In this document: in pieces, positions 14,224 through 27,154 of the stretch | Layout of the letters: each line of letters opens with the position of its first letter | How positions within the stretch are numbered: the first letter of the stretch is position 1 | Assembly: GCF_006345805.1 (NCBI RefSeq) | Contig: NC_043026.1 | Location: 8,928,001 to 8,992,000 of the forward strand | Reading direction: 5' to 3' | From: Octopus sinensis | Taxonomy: Eukaryota | Length of the DNA stretch: 64,000 nucleotides | The notes under the pieces: model-generated | Told to the model about the DNA's origin: nothing | Database searches by the model: none | The model's input: only the letters and a program-made list of their open reading frames with translations | Made by a program: the position numbers and the translations under genes

Positions 14224-15559
14224 TATTTTTCCTTCAACTTCACAATATACCTCCTTTTTTTATTCTTTTTGCTTCTATAGTCTTTTGTTTACAAATATTT
14301 CAACTGTTGTATTTCTGGCCACTGTTACCTTTGTCACAAAACAACTAAATTTATCCACGTTCAATCTGCAAACAGGCTCATCTTGTAGACACTCCAGCCA
14401 GTGATGTCCAGAAGGTTTGCTAATAACACATTTCAGAGTAAATATATCAGAGGAATTCCACCACAGATTTATAGAAACAATCTTATATATCTGTTCTGTA
14501 CGATATTTCCATTTTGGTCTTTAAAAAATTGATAAATAATGAGAATGTATCTTCAGTTATGCCAATGTCATCTGATATTCTGAAATAATAAAGAAACAAC
14601 AGTGTAAGATATAGAGGCTACTTAAAAAAATACAGATTCAACATTTCCATAAAGATAAACTCTAGAAATAAACATTTAACTGAACAACAGAACTTTCTAA
14701 TTTATTAGTATTTACATCACAAAATCCTGTTTGAAGCTAAAATATTTCTAAACTCCAGCTCCACATTCATAAATACACACACACTTTTTTACTGGTTTCA
14801 GTTGTTTTGACTGTGGTCATGCTGGAGCACCAACTTTAAAGGCTTCAGTCAATAGAATCAATGCTAGGACTTATTTTTTCAGCTTAGCACTTATTCTATC
14901 AGCCACTTTTGCCAAACCACAAGTTTATGGGGACATAAACACACCAACACTGTTTGTCAAGTGTTGAAGGGGTGGGAGGACAACACACCCACCCACTCAC
15001 ACATATATATTGGGCTTCCTTCAGTTTCCATCTCCCAAATCCATTCACAAGGCCAGAGGATATTGAAGAAAATGTATGTCTGTGACTAGTTACCTAACAG
15101 CTCACAATTTCTTCTCTTTAACTCCATAAAGAGAAAAAATTATTGGAAATAGTCATTACTCATTTTGCCCCATGAGGAGATTCCACGAATGATTACAAAA
15201 AGTTTATCAGCTCAGCAAATGGCCTTCCCTGAATGCATTGAAAACATTATAACAGAATCACTCTTTCAGGAAATTATCATTGTTCTCTTTGAGTGTGTAG
15301 AAAGAGAAATTTGGCAGAGGCAAGAAAAGGTGAAATTGTCTCTTCAAATTATCCAGAATTACATTTGAAAACAAAGACTCAAACACATCAATATCTATCC
15401 TTCGACATCTTAAAGATCAGAAATGCAAAAAGCTATTCAAGTATCGAATTCAAATGAAAGAGAATCAGAGAAAATTGCAAATGATGTGAAATTAATGAAT
15501 ATCGAATAAATGGGGTGAAAAAATCAACATAAAATATCATCAACAGTTTCTTCAAGATC

Positions 15560-15835
15560 TCTTCGTGGTTAGGGCAGCGGACTCGCGGTCGTAGGATTAC
15601 GGTTTCGATTCCCAGACCGGGCGTTGTGAGTGTTTATTGAGCGAAAACACCTAAAGTTCCACGAGGCTCCGGCAGGGGATGGTGGTGATCCCTGCTGTAC
15701 TCTTTCACCACAACGTTCTCTTACTCTTACTTCCTGTTTCTGTTGTACCTGTATTTCAAAGGGCCGGCCTTGTCACTCTCTGTGTCACGCTGAATGTCCC
15801 CGAGAACTAAGTTAAGGGTACACGTGTTTGTGGAG
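15560..15835 (+). mobile_element. tRNA-derived SINE family D (paralogous copy ~22110-22385; related copies 26400-26610 and 46480-46570 on minus)
   Basis: gtggttagggcagcggactcgcgg...ggtttcgattcccagacc, tRNA-like A/B boxes. Confidence 0.7.
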
Positions 15836-16708
15836 TGCTCATCGTCGTTACAGACGGAGAGCTTCCATCCACTAACAAGAGATTATTGAAAGTAGTCATT
15901 ACTCATTTTGCCCCATCTTAGTCATGATTTGTGATAATTGAAAATTACCAAATTAGACACTAAACGGGGGGTAAAAATTGATCCGGAATCTAAGAGAGAG
16001 AAGAATATTGATGGTTAAACACCGAACATCATCCAGATAATTTATTAGTAACCTCGATTATTATCGGGTTGAGAGTTGAGGGAAAATTTCTTGACAATAA
16101 AAAGGACCTGCAACTCCAACAACTATAAGGACAAATTCCCAGTCCTAAATATATATTTCTTTACTCACCACAAGGGGCTACACACTGAGGGGACAAACAA
16201 GGCCAGAAAAACGGATTAAGTCGATTATATCGACTCCGAAAGGATGAAAGGCAAAGTCGACCTCGGCGGAATTTGAACTCAGAACGTAACGGCAGACGAA
16301 ATACGTCCACGCATTTCGCCCGGGGTGTTAACCCTTCTGCCAGCTCGCCGCCATCCCCAGTCCTAAAATATAATGCAGCAATACTCACAAAAATAAGAAA
16401 TTCAAACAAATTATAAGAAACGGGAAAATACTCATTTTGCCCCGCTTACTAATTATGTCCTCTTACCTTATATCAAGAAACAAGGGTTCGATAAATTATA
16501 ATAAAGCATTGGATTCTCAGCATTTCTGTGGTTGGAGTTTATTTTAAGAACATTTCTCCACCTAAAACACACAACAAACAAACTTAAAGAAGAAACGATG
16601 GAGCGTGTAGGAGGTTGCCGCCATAGCTAGAAATAGCAGCCAAATGTGGAACAAAATCTGATTCACAAAGTATTGAAAGATTAAATGTTTTCGTTGTTTA
16701 ATACTTAC

Positions 16709-16880
16709 GGAAATGTCTTTATAAAGGATGGTGTTGTTGTTAGATGTGCGTCAGGTGGTTGAGAAATCTATTACAAATGTGTTTAGGAGTGAATTGAGAG
16801 AAATTCTGGCACCAGACATCAAATGTTTGTCGTAACGTAATGAATGGAGACGGACGTACGTTTAGTGCGCATGCGTATGA
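16709..16880 (-). promoter_or_regulatory. Putative promoter and non-coding exon 1 of ZNF-C
   Basis: Minus strand: acgcatgcgca (NRF1/EWG-like, 16866-16876), then ~150 nt, then cc|GTAAGTat donor at 16708. Confidence 0.65.
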
Positions 16881-17189
16881 AATATTGGTTTCAAATTTTG
16901 GCACAACGCCAGCAATATCGGCGGAGGTGTTGGGGGGGGGGGCTAAGTCGCTTACCTGGACCCCAGTAGACAACTAGTATTTATTTTATTGTGTCCCGCC
17001 CCAGCAAAGATATTAAAGGCAAAGTCGACCTCGTCGTAATTTACGCATATATACATAAATATCGATGTAGGCACAACACGTGCACCCCACCGATGTCTGG
17101 GTGTTTTTTTTTTGGGGGGGGGGGTCCCAAAAATGTTTTCGGATTCTGATATCATCGATATAGAATACGATTTTGGCAAACTATTGCGT

Positions 17190-17660
17190 TTTCGTAGAAC
17201 ACCTATTTACTGTATCTGTAGAAAAACGGCCGTTGAAGAAAATATCTTACAAATATCTTACAAACTACAGAATTTTCTCAATAAAGCCAAGAGGAAAAGA
17301 TGTTTTATGTAACACATTCTACCAGTATACGAAGTTTAAAACTTTTTAGTTACCTAGAAATTATGTTAAAAACTGCCGTTCAAACAAAAGATCCCCAATC
17401 TGTTTCTTAAACGAGGGACATATTCATACGGCACAGAATGTTTTTTTACCTCAATAGACGTGAGTGATTGGTTGAAATTGCCGAAATGCTTGAAATTAAA
17501 GACGAAATATCTTACAAACTACAGAATTTTCTCAATAAAGCCAAGAGGAAAAGATGCTTTATGTAACACATTCTACCAGTATACGAAGTTTAAAACTTTT
17601 TAGTTACCTAGAAATTATGTTAAAAACTGCCGTTCAAACAGAAAAGATCCATAAACTTTG
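17190..17660 (-). mobile_element. Non-autonomous DNA-transposon fragments (family also at 32860-33090 and 45430-45900)
   Basis: Shared gatcttttc(c/t)gtttgaacggcag...aaacttcgtatactggtagaatg blocks. Confidence 0.55.
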
Positions 17661-17782
17661 CCTTTCACATTTTTCTGCTAGGGTTCAATAAAATAAATAC
17701 CAGTTGACTACTCGGGTCCATGAAATCGACTGACACTTGACCCTCCCCGAAATTTCTGGTTTTCTACCAAAATCTTTAAAAA

Positions 17783-18404
17783 ACAATACTGGCTACAGCC
17801 AATGGTAACTGTACCAGGTTCTAATCATTTGGGCGAGGATACGTCCCTCCACTGCTTTTTTTTTTTTAATGAATCCAAAATATTCACACTAAATTCACAA
17901 AACAGCAGCCGCCGAGAGCAGGCGAAATTTGTTAACAAAAAATAACAATATAACAAATTACACCCAGCTCAGATAAAACAAAATCACTTGCCTCGACAAC
18001 CTTCTCTGTTTTTGTTCTTTTTTCTTGTAATTGGCCAGAGCCAAAACACTCATGTCCACCTTGCAAAAACAGTCCTTCCTGCCTTGGTAGTCCTCAGACA
18101 CAAAGATAATTTTCGCAAAGAAATTAATTGTTGCGGACGGGCTACGCCTCCTCAAAAACACAATTCTCACTGCAAAATGAGTCTTTATAGGCGGCCACAG
18201 GCAGGCAAATGTCTGGAGCAGATTGGAGTCTATTACTCACCAAAAATTATTAAATACAGGGCAACAAACTTCACTAAGCCCTCAAAAAATACGACAAACG
18301 CCTACCTGTAGTCAAGCCTCAAAGTTCAATATTTCACAACGAAAGATGTGACATCAAGCACCAAGAACTCTCCGCCAAAAACAAACACGTCCGTCTCCGA
18401 CAAA
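17783..18404 (-). mobile_element. Duplicated copy of the Tx1-like family-2 5'UTR
   Basis: Near-identical to 10888-11493 with the same junction into the SINE-A head. Confidence 0.8.
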
Positions 18405-18838
18405 GGGAAGCAAGCTACTTACCACACAACTACTCCTGTTTACTCAATTTGAAAACTCTTTGTATTGTCTTTTATCCGTTGTGTCTGTGTGTGTGTGTGC
18501 GCCTAAGTTCATATATGAGTAATGTCCCTTTAATGTCACGCAAAAATTGATAAAAATTTGAGAATTAAAATTAAATATCTTTTTTCTAATTCATAGAATT
18601 TTACTAAACTTTTATCAATACATCCCTTTAACATAGCACATAGCCAGACTCAGCCTCTTGCACCTACCATACGATGCCATTCTGAAAATACACAACCACA
18701 TCATCAAAACTTGAAAACTGTGAGCTAATGGATGGCAAATTGAAAATAATGTGAGTAAATAAACATCACGTTCGACAGAATAACCTGCATGGTAAAGGGT
18801 TCCGGTAATCCCTTAGAGATTATGATTTAGCGCAAATA

Positions 18839-20767
18839 TTAGTGGGATTGCTTCTTCCCCTGATGAACATGTTTGTGAGAAGTTAAGCTGCTATGTTGAG
18901 TGAATGACCTACCACAGATATCACAAGAATATGGCTTCTCTCCTGTATGGATACGTTTGTGAGAAATGAAAGCACTTTGGTGAGAGAATGATTTACCACA
19001 GATATCACAGTGATATGGTGTCTCTCCTGTATGAATACGTTTATGAGTAGTTAGGTGGCCACTTTGAGAGAATGATTTACCACAGATATCACAGTGATAT
19101 GGTGTCTCTCCTGTATGAATACGTTTATGAGTAGTTAGGTGGCCATTTTGAGAGAATGATTTACCACAGATTTCACAGTGAAATGGTGTCTCTCCTGTAT
19201 GAATACGTTTGTGTAAAGTCAAATAAATTTTTTGAGAGAATAATTTACCACAAATATCACAAGAATATGGTGTTTCTCCTGTATGAATACGTCTGTGTCC
19301 AGTTAAGTTACAACTCACGGTGAATGATTTACCACAGATATCACAGTGGTATGGCTTCTCTCCTGTATGAAGACGTTCATGAGTAGTTAAGTTGCCACTT
19401 TTAGAGAATGATTTACCACAGATTTCACAGTGAAATGGTGTCTCTCCTGTATGAATACGTTTATGAGTAGTTAGGTTCCTTCTATCAGAGAAAGATTTGT
19501 TACAGATGTCGCACTGATATGGCTTCTCTCCTGTATGAATACGTTTATGGGTCATTAGGTTACAACTGGTAGAGAAAGATTTGTTACAGACATCACAGGG
19601 ATATGGCATCTCTCCTGTATGGAAACGTTTATGTTTAGCTAAGTCGCCACTTTGAGAGAATGATTTACCACAGATATCACAAGAATATGGTGTTTCACCT
19701 GTATGAATACGTTTGTGTCCAGTTAAGTTAGAACTCACGGAGAATGATTTACCACAGATATCACAGTGGTATGGCTTCTCTCCTGTATGGGAACGTTTGT
19801 GAGTAGTTAAGTTGCAACTTTGAGAGAATGATTTACCACAGATATCACAAGAATATGGTGACTCTCCTGTATGAATACCTTTATGAGTAGTTAGGTTCCT
19901 TCTATCAGAGAAAGATTTGTTACAGATGTTGCACTGATATGGCTTCTCTCCTGTATGGGAACGTTTATGAGTAGTTAAGTTGCAACTTTGAGAGAATGAT
20001 TTACCACAGATATCACAATGATATGGTGACTCTCCTGTATGAATACGTTTATGAGTAGTTAGGTCCCTACTGGCAGGGAAAGATTTGTTACAGATGTTGC
20101 ACTGATATGGCTTCTCTCCTGTATGAATACGTTTGTGTAAAGTCAAGACATCTTTTCGAGAGAATGATTTACCACAGATGACACAGTGAAATGGCTTCTC
20201 TCCTGTATGAATACGCTCGTGTCTAGTGACGTGTATGGCTGAAAGGAATGATTTACCACAAATGCCACAATGATAAGGCTTCTCATCTGCATGGATATGT
20301 CTGTGAGTAGTTAAGAAACTGCTTACAGCAAATGATTTACCACAAATATCACACTGAAATGGCTTCTCTCCTGTATGAATACGTTTATGATAAGTTAGAG
20401 CACTTTTACCAGAAAATGATTTACCACAGATATTACAGGAATATGGTGTCTCTCCTGTATGAAGAAGTTTGTGTTTAGTCAATGTACCACTTGCAGAGAA
20501 TGATTTACCACAGATGTTACAGTGAAATGGCTTCTCTCCAGTATGAACACGTATGTGAGAATTTAAAGCACTTCGGTCAGAGAATGATTTACCACAGATT
20601 CCACAGTGAAATGGCTTCTCTCCTGTATGAATACGTTTGTGCTTATTTAAGTTACCTTTTTGAGAGAAAGACTTTTTACACACATCACAGTCATGTGACA
20701 ATTTTTGTCTCTCTTTTTTGCTATCTTCTGGAAAAATCTGTTCCTTCACTTTCTCACTCTTTTCCAT
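18839..20767 (-). CDS. C2H2 zinc-finger protein D, 22 fingers
   Basis: Open 642-aa ORF. Confidence 0.93.
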   Translation of the reverse strand: MEKSEKVKEQIFPEDSKKERQKLSHDCDVCKKSFSQKGNLNKHKRIHTGEKPFHCGICGKSFSDRSALNSHIRVHTGEKPFHCNICGKSFSASGTLTKHKLLHTGETPYSCNICGKSFSGKSALTYHKRIHTGEKPFQCDICGKSFAVSSFLTTHRHIHADEKPYHCGICGKSFLSAIHVTRHERIHTGEKPFHCVICGKSFSRKDVLTLHKRIHTGEKPYQCNICNKSFPASRDLTTHKRIHTGESPYHCDICGKSFSQSCNLTTHKRSHTGEKPYQCNICNKSFSDRRNLTTHKGIHTGESPYSCDICGKSFSQSCNLTTHKRSHTGEKPYHCDICGKSFSVSSNLTGHKRIHTGETPYSCDICGKSFSQSGDLAKHKRFHTGEMPYPCDVCNKSFSTSCNLMTHKRIHTGEKPYQCDICNKSFSDRRNLTTHKRIHTGETPFHCEICGKSFSKSGNLTTHERLHTGEKPYHCDICGKSFTVSCNLTGHRRIHTGETPYSCDICGKLFSQKIYLTLHKRIHTGETPFHCEICGKSFSQNGHLTTHKRIHTGETPYHCDICGKSFSQSGHLTTHKRIHTGETPYHCDICGKSFSHQSAFISHKRIHTGEKPYSCDICGRSFTQHSSLTSHKHVHQGKKQSH

Positions 20768-23426
20768 TATTTTTCCTTCAACTTCACAATATACCTTCTT
20801 TTTTATTCTTTTTGCTTCTATAGTCTTCTGTTTACAAATATTTCAACTGTTGTATTTCTGGCCACTGTTACCTTTGTCACAAAACAACTAAATTTATCCA
20901 CGTTCAATCTGCAAACAGACTCATCTTGTAGACACTCCAGCCAGTGATGTCCAGAAGGTTTGCTAATAACACATTTCAGAGTAAATATATCAGAGGAATT
21001 CCGCCACAGATTTATAGAAACAATCTTATATATCTGTTCTGTATAATATTTCCAATTTGGTCTTTAAAAAGCTGATAAATAATGAGAATGTATCTTCAGT
21101 TATGCCAATGTCATCTGATATTCTGAAATAATAAAGAAACAACAGTGTAAGATATAGAGGCTACTTAAAAAAATACAGATTCAACATTTCCATAAAGATA
21201 AACTCTAGAAATAAACATTTAACTGAACAACAGAACTTTCTAATTTATAAATATTTACATCACAAAATCCTGTTTGAAGCTAACATATTTCTAAACTCCA
21301 GCTCCACATTCATAAATACACACACACACACACACTTTTTTACTGGTTTCAGTTGTTTTGACTGTGGTCATGCTGGAGCACCAACTTTAAAGGCTTCAGT
21401 CAATAGAATCAATGCTAGGACTTATTTTTTCAGCTTAGCACTTATTCTATCAGCCACTTTTGCCAAACCACAAGTTTATGGGGACATAAACACACCAACA
21501 CTGTTTGTCAAGTGTTGAAGGGGTGGGAGGACAACACCCACACCCACACATATATATATATTGGGCTTCCTTCAGTTTTCATCTCCCAAATCCATTCACA
21601 AAGCCAGAGGATATTGTAGAAAATGCATGTCTGTGACTAGTTACCTAACAGCTCACAATTTCTTCTCTTTAACTCCATATAGGGAAAAAATTATTGGAAA
21701 TAGTCATTACTCACTTTGCCCCATGAGGAGATTTCACGAATGATTACAAAAAGTTTATCAGCCAAGCAAATGGCCTTCCCTGAATGCATTGAAAACATTA
21801 TAACAGAATCACTCTTTCAGGAAATTATCATTGTTCTCTTTGAGTGTGTAGAAAGAGAAATTTGGCAGAGGCAAGAAAAGGTGAAATTGTCTCTTCAATT
21901 TATCCAGAATTACATTTGAAAACAAAGACTCAAACACATCAATATCTATCCTTCGACATCTTAAAGATCAGAAATGCAAAAAGCTATTCAAGTATCGAAT
22001 TCAAATGAAAGAGAATCAGAGAAAAATTGCAAATGATGTGAAATTAATGAATATCGAATAAATGGGGGAAAAAAATCAACATAAAATATCATCAACAGTT
22101 TCTTCAAGATCTCTTCGTGGTTAGGGCAGCGGACTCGCGGTCGTAGGATTGCGGTTTCGATTCCCAGACCGGGCGTTGTGAGTGTTTATTGAGCGAAAAC
22201 ACCTAAAAGCTCCACGAGGCCCCGGCAGGGGATGGTGGTGATCCCTGCTGTACTCTTTCACCACAACTTTCTCTCACTCTTACTTCCTGTTTCTGTTGTA
22301 CCTGTATTTCAAAGGGCCGGCCTTGTCACTCTCTGTGTCACGCAAAATATCCCCGAGAACTACGTTAAGGGTACACGTGTTTGTGGAGTGCTCATCGTCG
22401 TAACCGACGGAGTGCTTCCATCCACTAACAAGAGATTATTGAAAGTAGTCATTACTCATTTTGCCCCATCTTAGTCATGATTTTTGATAATTGAAAATTA
22501 CCAAATTAGACACTAAACGGGGGGTAAAAATGGATCTGGAATCTAAGAGAGAGAAGAATATTGATGGTTAAACACCGAACATCATCCAGATAATTTATTA
22601 GTAACCTCGATTATTATCGGGTTGAGAGTTGAGGGAAAATTTCTTGACAATAAAAAGGACCTGCAACTCCAACAACTATAAGGACAAATTCCCAGTCCTA
22701 AATATATATTTCTTTACTCACCACAAGGGGCTAGACACAGAGGGGACAAACAAGGACAGAAAAACGGATTAAGTCGATCATATCGACCCCGAAAGGATGA
22801 AAGGCAAAGTCGCCCTCGCGGAATTTGAACTCAGAACGTAACGGCAGACGAAATATCTATTTTTTTACTGCCCACAAGGGGCTAAACACAAAGGGGAGAA
22901 ACAAGGACAGACATAGGTATTAAGTCGATTACATCGACCCCAGTGCGTAACTGGTACTTTATTTATCGACCCCGCCGGAATTTAAACTCAGAACGTAACG
23001 GCAGACGAAATACGTCCACGCATTTCGCCCGGGGTGTTAACCCTTCTGCCAGCTCTCCGCCATCCCCAGTCCTAAAATAAAATGTAGCAATACTCACAAA
23101 AATAAGAAATTCAAACAAATTAGGAGAAACGGGAAAATACTCATTTTGCCCCGCTTACTAATTATGTCCCTTACCTTATATCAAGAAACAAGGGTTCGAT
23201 AAATTATAATAAAGCATTGGATTCTCAGCATTTCTGTGGTTGGAGTTTATTTTAAGAACATTTCTCCACCTAAAACACACAACAAACAAACTTGAAGAAG
23301 AAACGATGGAGCGTGTAGGAGGTTGCCGCCATAGCTAGAAATAGCAGCCAAATGTGGAACAGATCAAAGGACATCTGAGACACCAAAGTATTAAAAGATT
23401 AAATGCTTTCGTTGTTTAATACTTAC

Positions 23427-23600
23427 GAAATGTCTTTATAAAGGATGGTGTTGTTGTTAGATGTGCGTCAGGTGGTTGAGAAATCTATTACAAATGTGTT
23501 TGGGAGTGAATTGAGAGAAATTCTGGCACCAGACTTCAAATGTTTGTCGTAACGTAATGAATGGAGACGGACGTACGTTTAGTGCGCATGCGTATGAAAT
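23427..23600 (-). promoter_or_regulatory. Putative promoter and non-coding exon 1 of ZNF-D
   Basis: NRF1-like motif at 23583-23593; GTAAGT donor at 23426. Confidence 0.65.
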
Positions 23601-23894
23601 ATTGGTTTCAAATTTTGGCACAACGCCAGCAATATCGGCGGAAGTGTTGGGGGGGGGGGCTAAGTCGCTTACCTGGACCCCAGTAGACAACTAGTATTTA
23701 TTTTATTGTGTCCCGCCCCAGCAAAAATATTAAAGGCAAAGTCGACTTCGTCGTAATTTACGCATATATACATAAATATCGATGTAGGCACAACACGTGC
23801 ACCCCACCGATGTCTGGGTGTTTTTTTTTTGGGGGGGGGTTCCAAAAATGTTTTCGGATTCTGATATCATCGATTTTGAATGGTTTAATGGAGA

Positions 23895-25066
23895 GAGAGG
23901 TATATCCCACACGGGGATGTATTCAGTTACTCCAGCGTTGCCTTACTGGCTCTTGTGCCCCGTGCTAGTAGGGTGCTAAGACCACCATCGGAACGTGATC
24001 TTTGCCAGAGTGGCTAACTGCCTACCGTGCCGGTGGTACTTGAAAGGCTCCATTCGAGCGTGATCTTTGCCATTGTAGCTAACTGCCTACCGTGCCGCTG
24101 GCACATAAAAGGCTCCATTCGAGCGTGATCTTTGCCAGAGTGGCTAACTGCCTACCGTGCCGCTGGCACATAAAAGGCTCCATTCGAGCGTGATCTTTGC
24201 CAGAGTGGCTAACTGCCTACCGTTCCGCTGGCACATAAAAGGCTCCATTCGAGCGTGATCTTTGCCAGAGTGGCTAACTGCCTACCGTGCCGCTGGCACA
24301 TAAAAGGCTCCATTCGAGCGTGATCTTTGCCAGAGTGGCTAACTGCCTACCGTGCCGCTGGCACATAAAAGGCTCCATTCGAGCGTGATCTTTGCCAGAG
24401 TGGATAACTGCCTACCGTGCCGCTGGCACATAAAAGGCTCCATTCGAGCGTGATCTTTGCCAGAGTGGCTAACTGCCTACCGTGCCGCTGGCACATAAAA
24501 GGCTCCATTCGAGCGTGATCTTTGCCAGAGTGGCTAACTGCCTACCGTGCCGGTGGTACATAAAAGGCTCCATTCGAGCGTGATCTTTGCCAGAGTGGCT
24601 AACTGGCTTCTGTGCCGCTGGCACATAAAAGGCTCCATTCGAGCGTGATCTTTGCCAGAGTGGATAACTGCCTACCGTGCCGGTGGCACATAAAAGGCTC
24701 CATTCGAGCGTGATCTTTGCCAGAGTGGCTAACTGGCTTCCGTGCCGGTGGCACATAAAAGGTACCATTCGAGCTTGATCGTTACCAGTGTTGTCTTACT
24801 GGCACCTGTGCCGGTGGCACGTGTAAAAAGATTTGAGCGAGGTCGTTGCCAGTACCACCTAACTGGCCCCCGTACCGGTGGCCCGTAAATGCACCCACTA
24901 CACTCACAGAGTGGTTGGCATTAGGAAGGGCATCCAGCTGTAGAAACTGTGCCAGATCAGATTGGAGCGTGGTGCAGCCATCTGGTTCGCCCGTCCTCAG
25001 TCAAATCATCCAACCCATGCCAGCATGGAAAGCGGACGTTAAACGATGATGATGATGATGATGATT
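23895..25066 (+). mobile_element. RTE 3'UTR with expanded 65-bp minisatellite (~12 near-identical and 2 diverged units, ~23990-24860) and (GAT)n tail
   Basis: gagcgtgatctttgccagagtggctaactgcctaccgtgccgctggcacataaaaggctccattc at 65-bp period, followed by the RTE tail. Confidence 0.85.
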
Positions 25067-25239
25067 TATATCCAGCATGTTTAAGGGCACAATTGTAATA
25101 TTCAGCAGATTGATTGGATAAATCCTTATTGGCAGACGGTGAGGAAATCCGGGAGGAAGTGCCTTCCACAATAGACTTTAGGATGGTGGTGGGGTCTGTA
25201 TTACTGTGCGTGTGCAAGTGTATGTGTATACTCTCTACT

Positions 25240-25510
25240 CTCTCTTTTACTTGTTTCAGTCATGTGACTGTGGCCATGCTGGAGCACCGCCTTTTAGTCG
25301 ATCAAATCGACCCCAGGACTTATTCTTTGTAAGCCTAGTACTTACTTTATTGGTCTGTTTTTGCTGAACCGCTAAGTTACGGGGATGTAAACACACCAGC
25401 ATCGGTTGTCAAGCAATGTTGGGGGGACAGACACATACATACAAACATATACATACATATATATATATATATATATACATATATACGACAGGCTTCTTTC
25501 AGTTTCAAAC
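25240..25510 (-). mobile_element. SINE-A 3' half
   Basis: ctcttttacttgtttcagtc...gaccccaggacttattc consensus. Confidence 0.8.
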
Positions 25511-25551
25511 AATACTGGGAAACAAATACAGACACAAACACATAGATTTAT

Positions 25552-26312
25552 ATCATCATCATCATTTAACGTCCCTTTTCCATGCTAGCATGGGTTGGAT
25601 GGTTCGACCGGGGTCTGGGAAGCCAGGAGGCTGCACCAGGCTCCAGTCTGATCTGGCAGTGTTTCTATAGCTGGATGCCCTTCCTAACGCCAACCACTCC
25701 ATGAGTGTAGTGGGTGCTTTTTATGTGCCAGACGAGGCTAGCAAACGGCCACGATCAGATGGTGCTTTTTACGTGTCACCGGCACGGAAGGTAGTCGGGG
25801 CAGCGCTGGCAACGGCCACGTTCGGATGGTTCTCTTATGTACCACCGGCACTGGTATCACAGCTACAATTTCCATTGATGTTGATCGATTTTGATTTTTG
25901 ATTTTGATTTTCACTTGCCTCAACAGGTCTTCACAAGTAAGAGTTTTGTGTCCCAAGAAAGAAAGGTATGCATAAGTGGACTGAGGCCATGGGTTATGGT
26001 CTCACTTGTCCTGCTAGGTCTTCTCACGCACAGCATACTTCCAAAGGTCTCGGTCTCTAGTGATTTCCTTGGTGAGACCTAAAGTTCAAAGGTCGTGCTT
26101 CACCACCTCGTCCCAGGTCTTCCTTGGTCTACCTCCTCTACAGGTTCCCTCAACAGCTAGGGTGCGGCACTTATTCACACAACTATCTTCATCCATGCTC
26201 GCCACATGGCCATACCAGCGCAAACGTCTCTCTTGCACACCACAACTGATGCTTCTTAGGTCCAACTTCTCTCTCAAGGTACTTACACTCTGTCGAGTAT
26301 GAACACTGACAT
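25552..26312 (-). mobile_element. 5'-truncated RTE-clade LINE (RT C-terminus plus long 3'UTR)
   Basis: RRLRWYGHVASM...GRPRKTWDEVV is a typical RTE end; (GAT)n tail. Confidence 0.9.
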
Positions 26313-26639
26313 TATAATATATATATATATATATCACGTGATCACTTGACTGACCAGATCGTCAGATGTTGCTACACATCGCTGGTCACAATGCATTCGC
26401 ATTGTTTTAGCCTTCGAATGACGCCACCCCACTGGCTAAGCGAGCAGGCCAACAAAAGAAAGAGTGGTGAAAGAGTACAGCAGGGATCACCACCATCCCC
26501 TGCCGGAGCCTCGTGGAGCTTTTAGGCGTTTTCGCTCAATAAACACACACAGCGCCCGGTCTGGGAATCAAAACCGCGAGTCCGCTGCCCTAACCACTGG
26601 GCCACTGCGCCTCCACAATATATATATATATATATTGGT

Positions 26640-27050
26640 AAAAACAGCAAGATAACAAAAGAAAGAGGCCTCAATATTATGTAAATAGAGGAATTATCAC
26701 CAAATAATTGTCACATATTACATTTACAGATAAATTCCTCTATTAACATAATATTGAGGTCTCTTTCTTTTGTTATCTTACCGTTATTACCCATAAATTA
26801 CCTCCCGAACGACGCTATTCTTCACTAAGAGCTAATATGGCTTTTTTGGATAATCGTCAAACATCGGTTGAGGACTCTAACACACAGAAGAATTTAATAT
26901 GGACGCCTATTACATAGATTATTCTATGAAAAAGTTTTTCCAATGGCCGGATGACTGAAGAGATGGTGGTGTGGAGATCCACCTCAGCATCCGAAACTCA
27001 GAGTTTTATCTTGGCTACCGAATAATTGTCACATGTTATATTTACAGATA
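26640..27050 (+). mobile_element. Probable Penelope-like 3' end: inverted and direct pLTR-type repeats with a hammerhead-like motif
   Basis: ~50-bp foldback at 26648-26778; direct repeat aataattgtcacat.tta.atttacagata at ~26704 and ~27021; decayed FWI..HRLRTLT frame. Confidence 0.5.
26950..27010 (+). ncRNA. Hammerhead ribozyme-like motif (type I)
   Basis: Stem I gatga/ttatc, core CUGAAGA, stem II gatg..catc (one extra C), GAAA, stem III ctcagag, GUU site. Confidence 0.5.
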
Positions 27051-27154
27051 TATATATAAGTTCAGCAAAAATTTAGATTCAAATGAATATGGTACTTAAT
27101 TTAAATGCACCAGAATTCTGTATGGTGTTATCCATAAAAATCTGTGGGGGTGAT

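Larger units (their letters stand above)
14224..17180. repeat. Segmental duplication: upstream flank of C nearly identical to that of D (20768-23875)
   Basis: Colinear near-identical blocks including SINEs and the promoter module; 10888-11921 also matches 17783-18838. Confidence 0.9.

Noticed and set aside
15165-15368. 67-aa ORF repeated at 21716 and partly at ~44030
   Set aside because: It lies antisense in intron 1 of duplicated units, the frame continues with stops, and no motif was recognised; repetition reflects segmental duplication.
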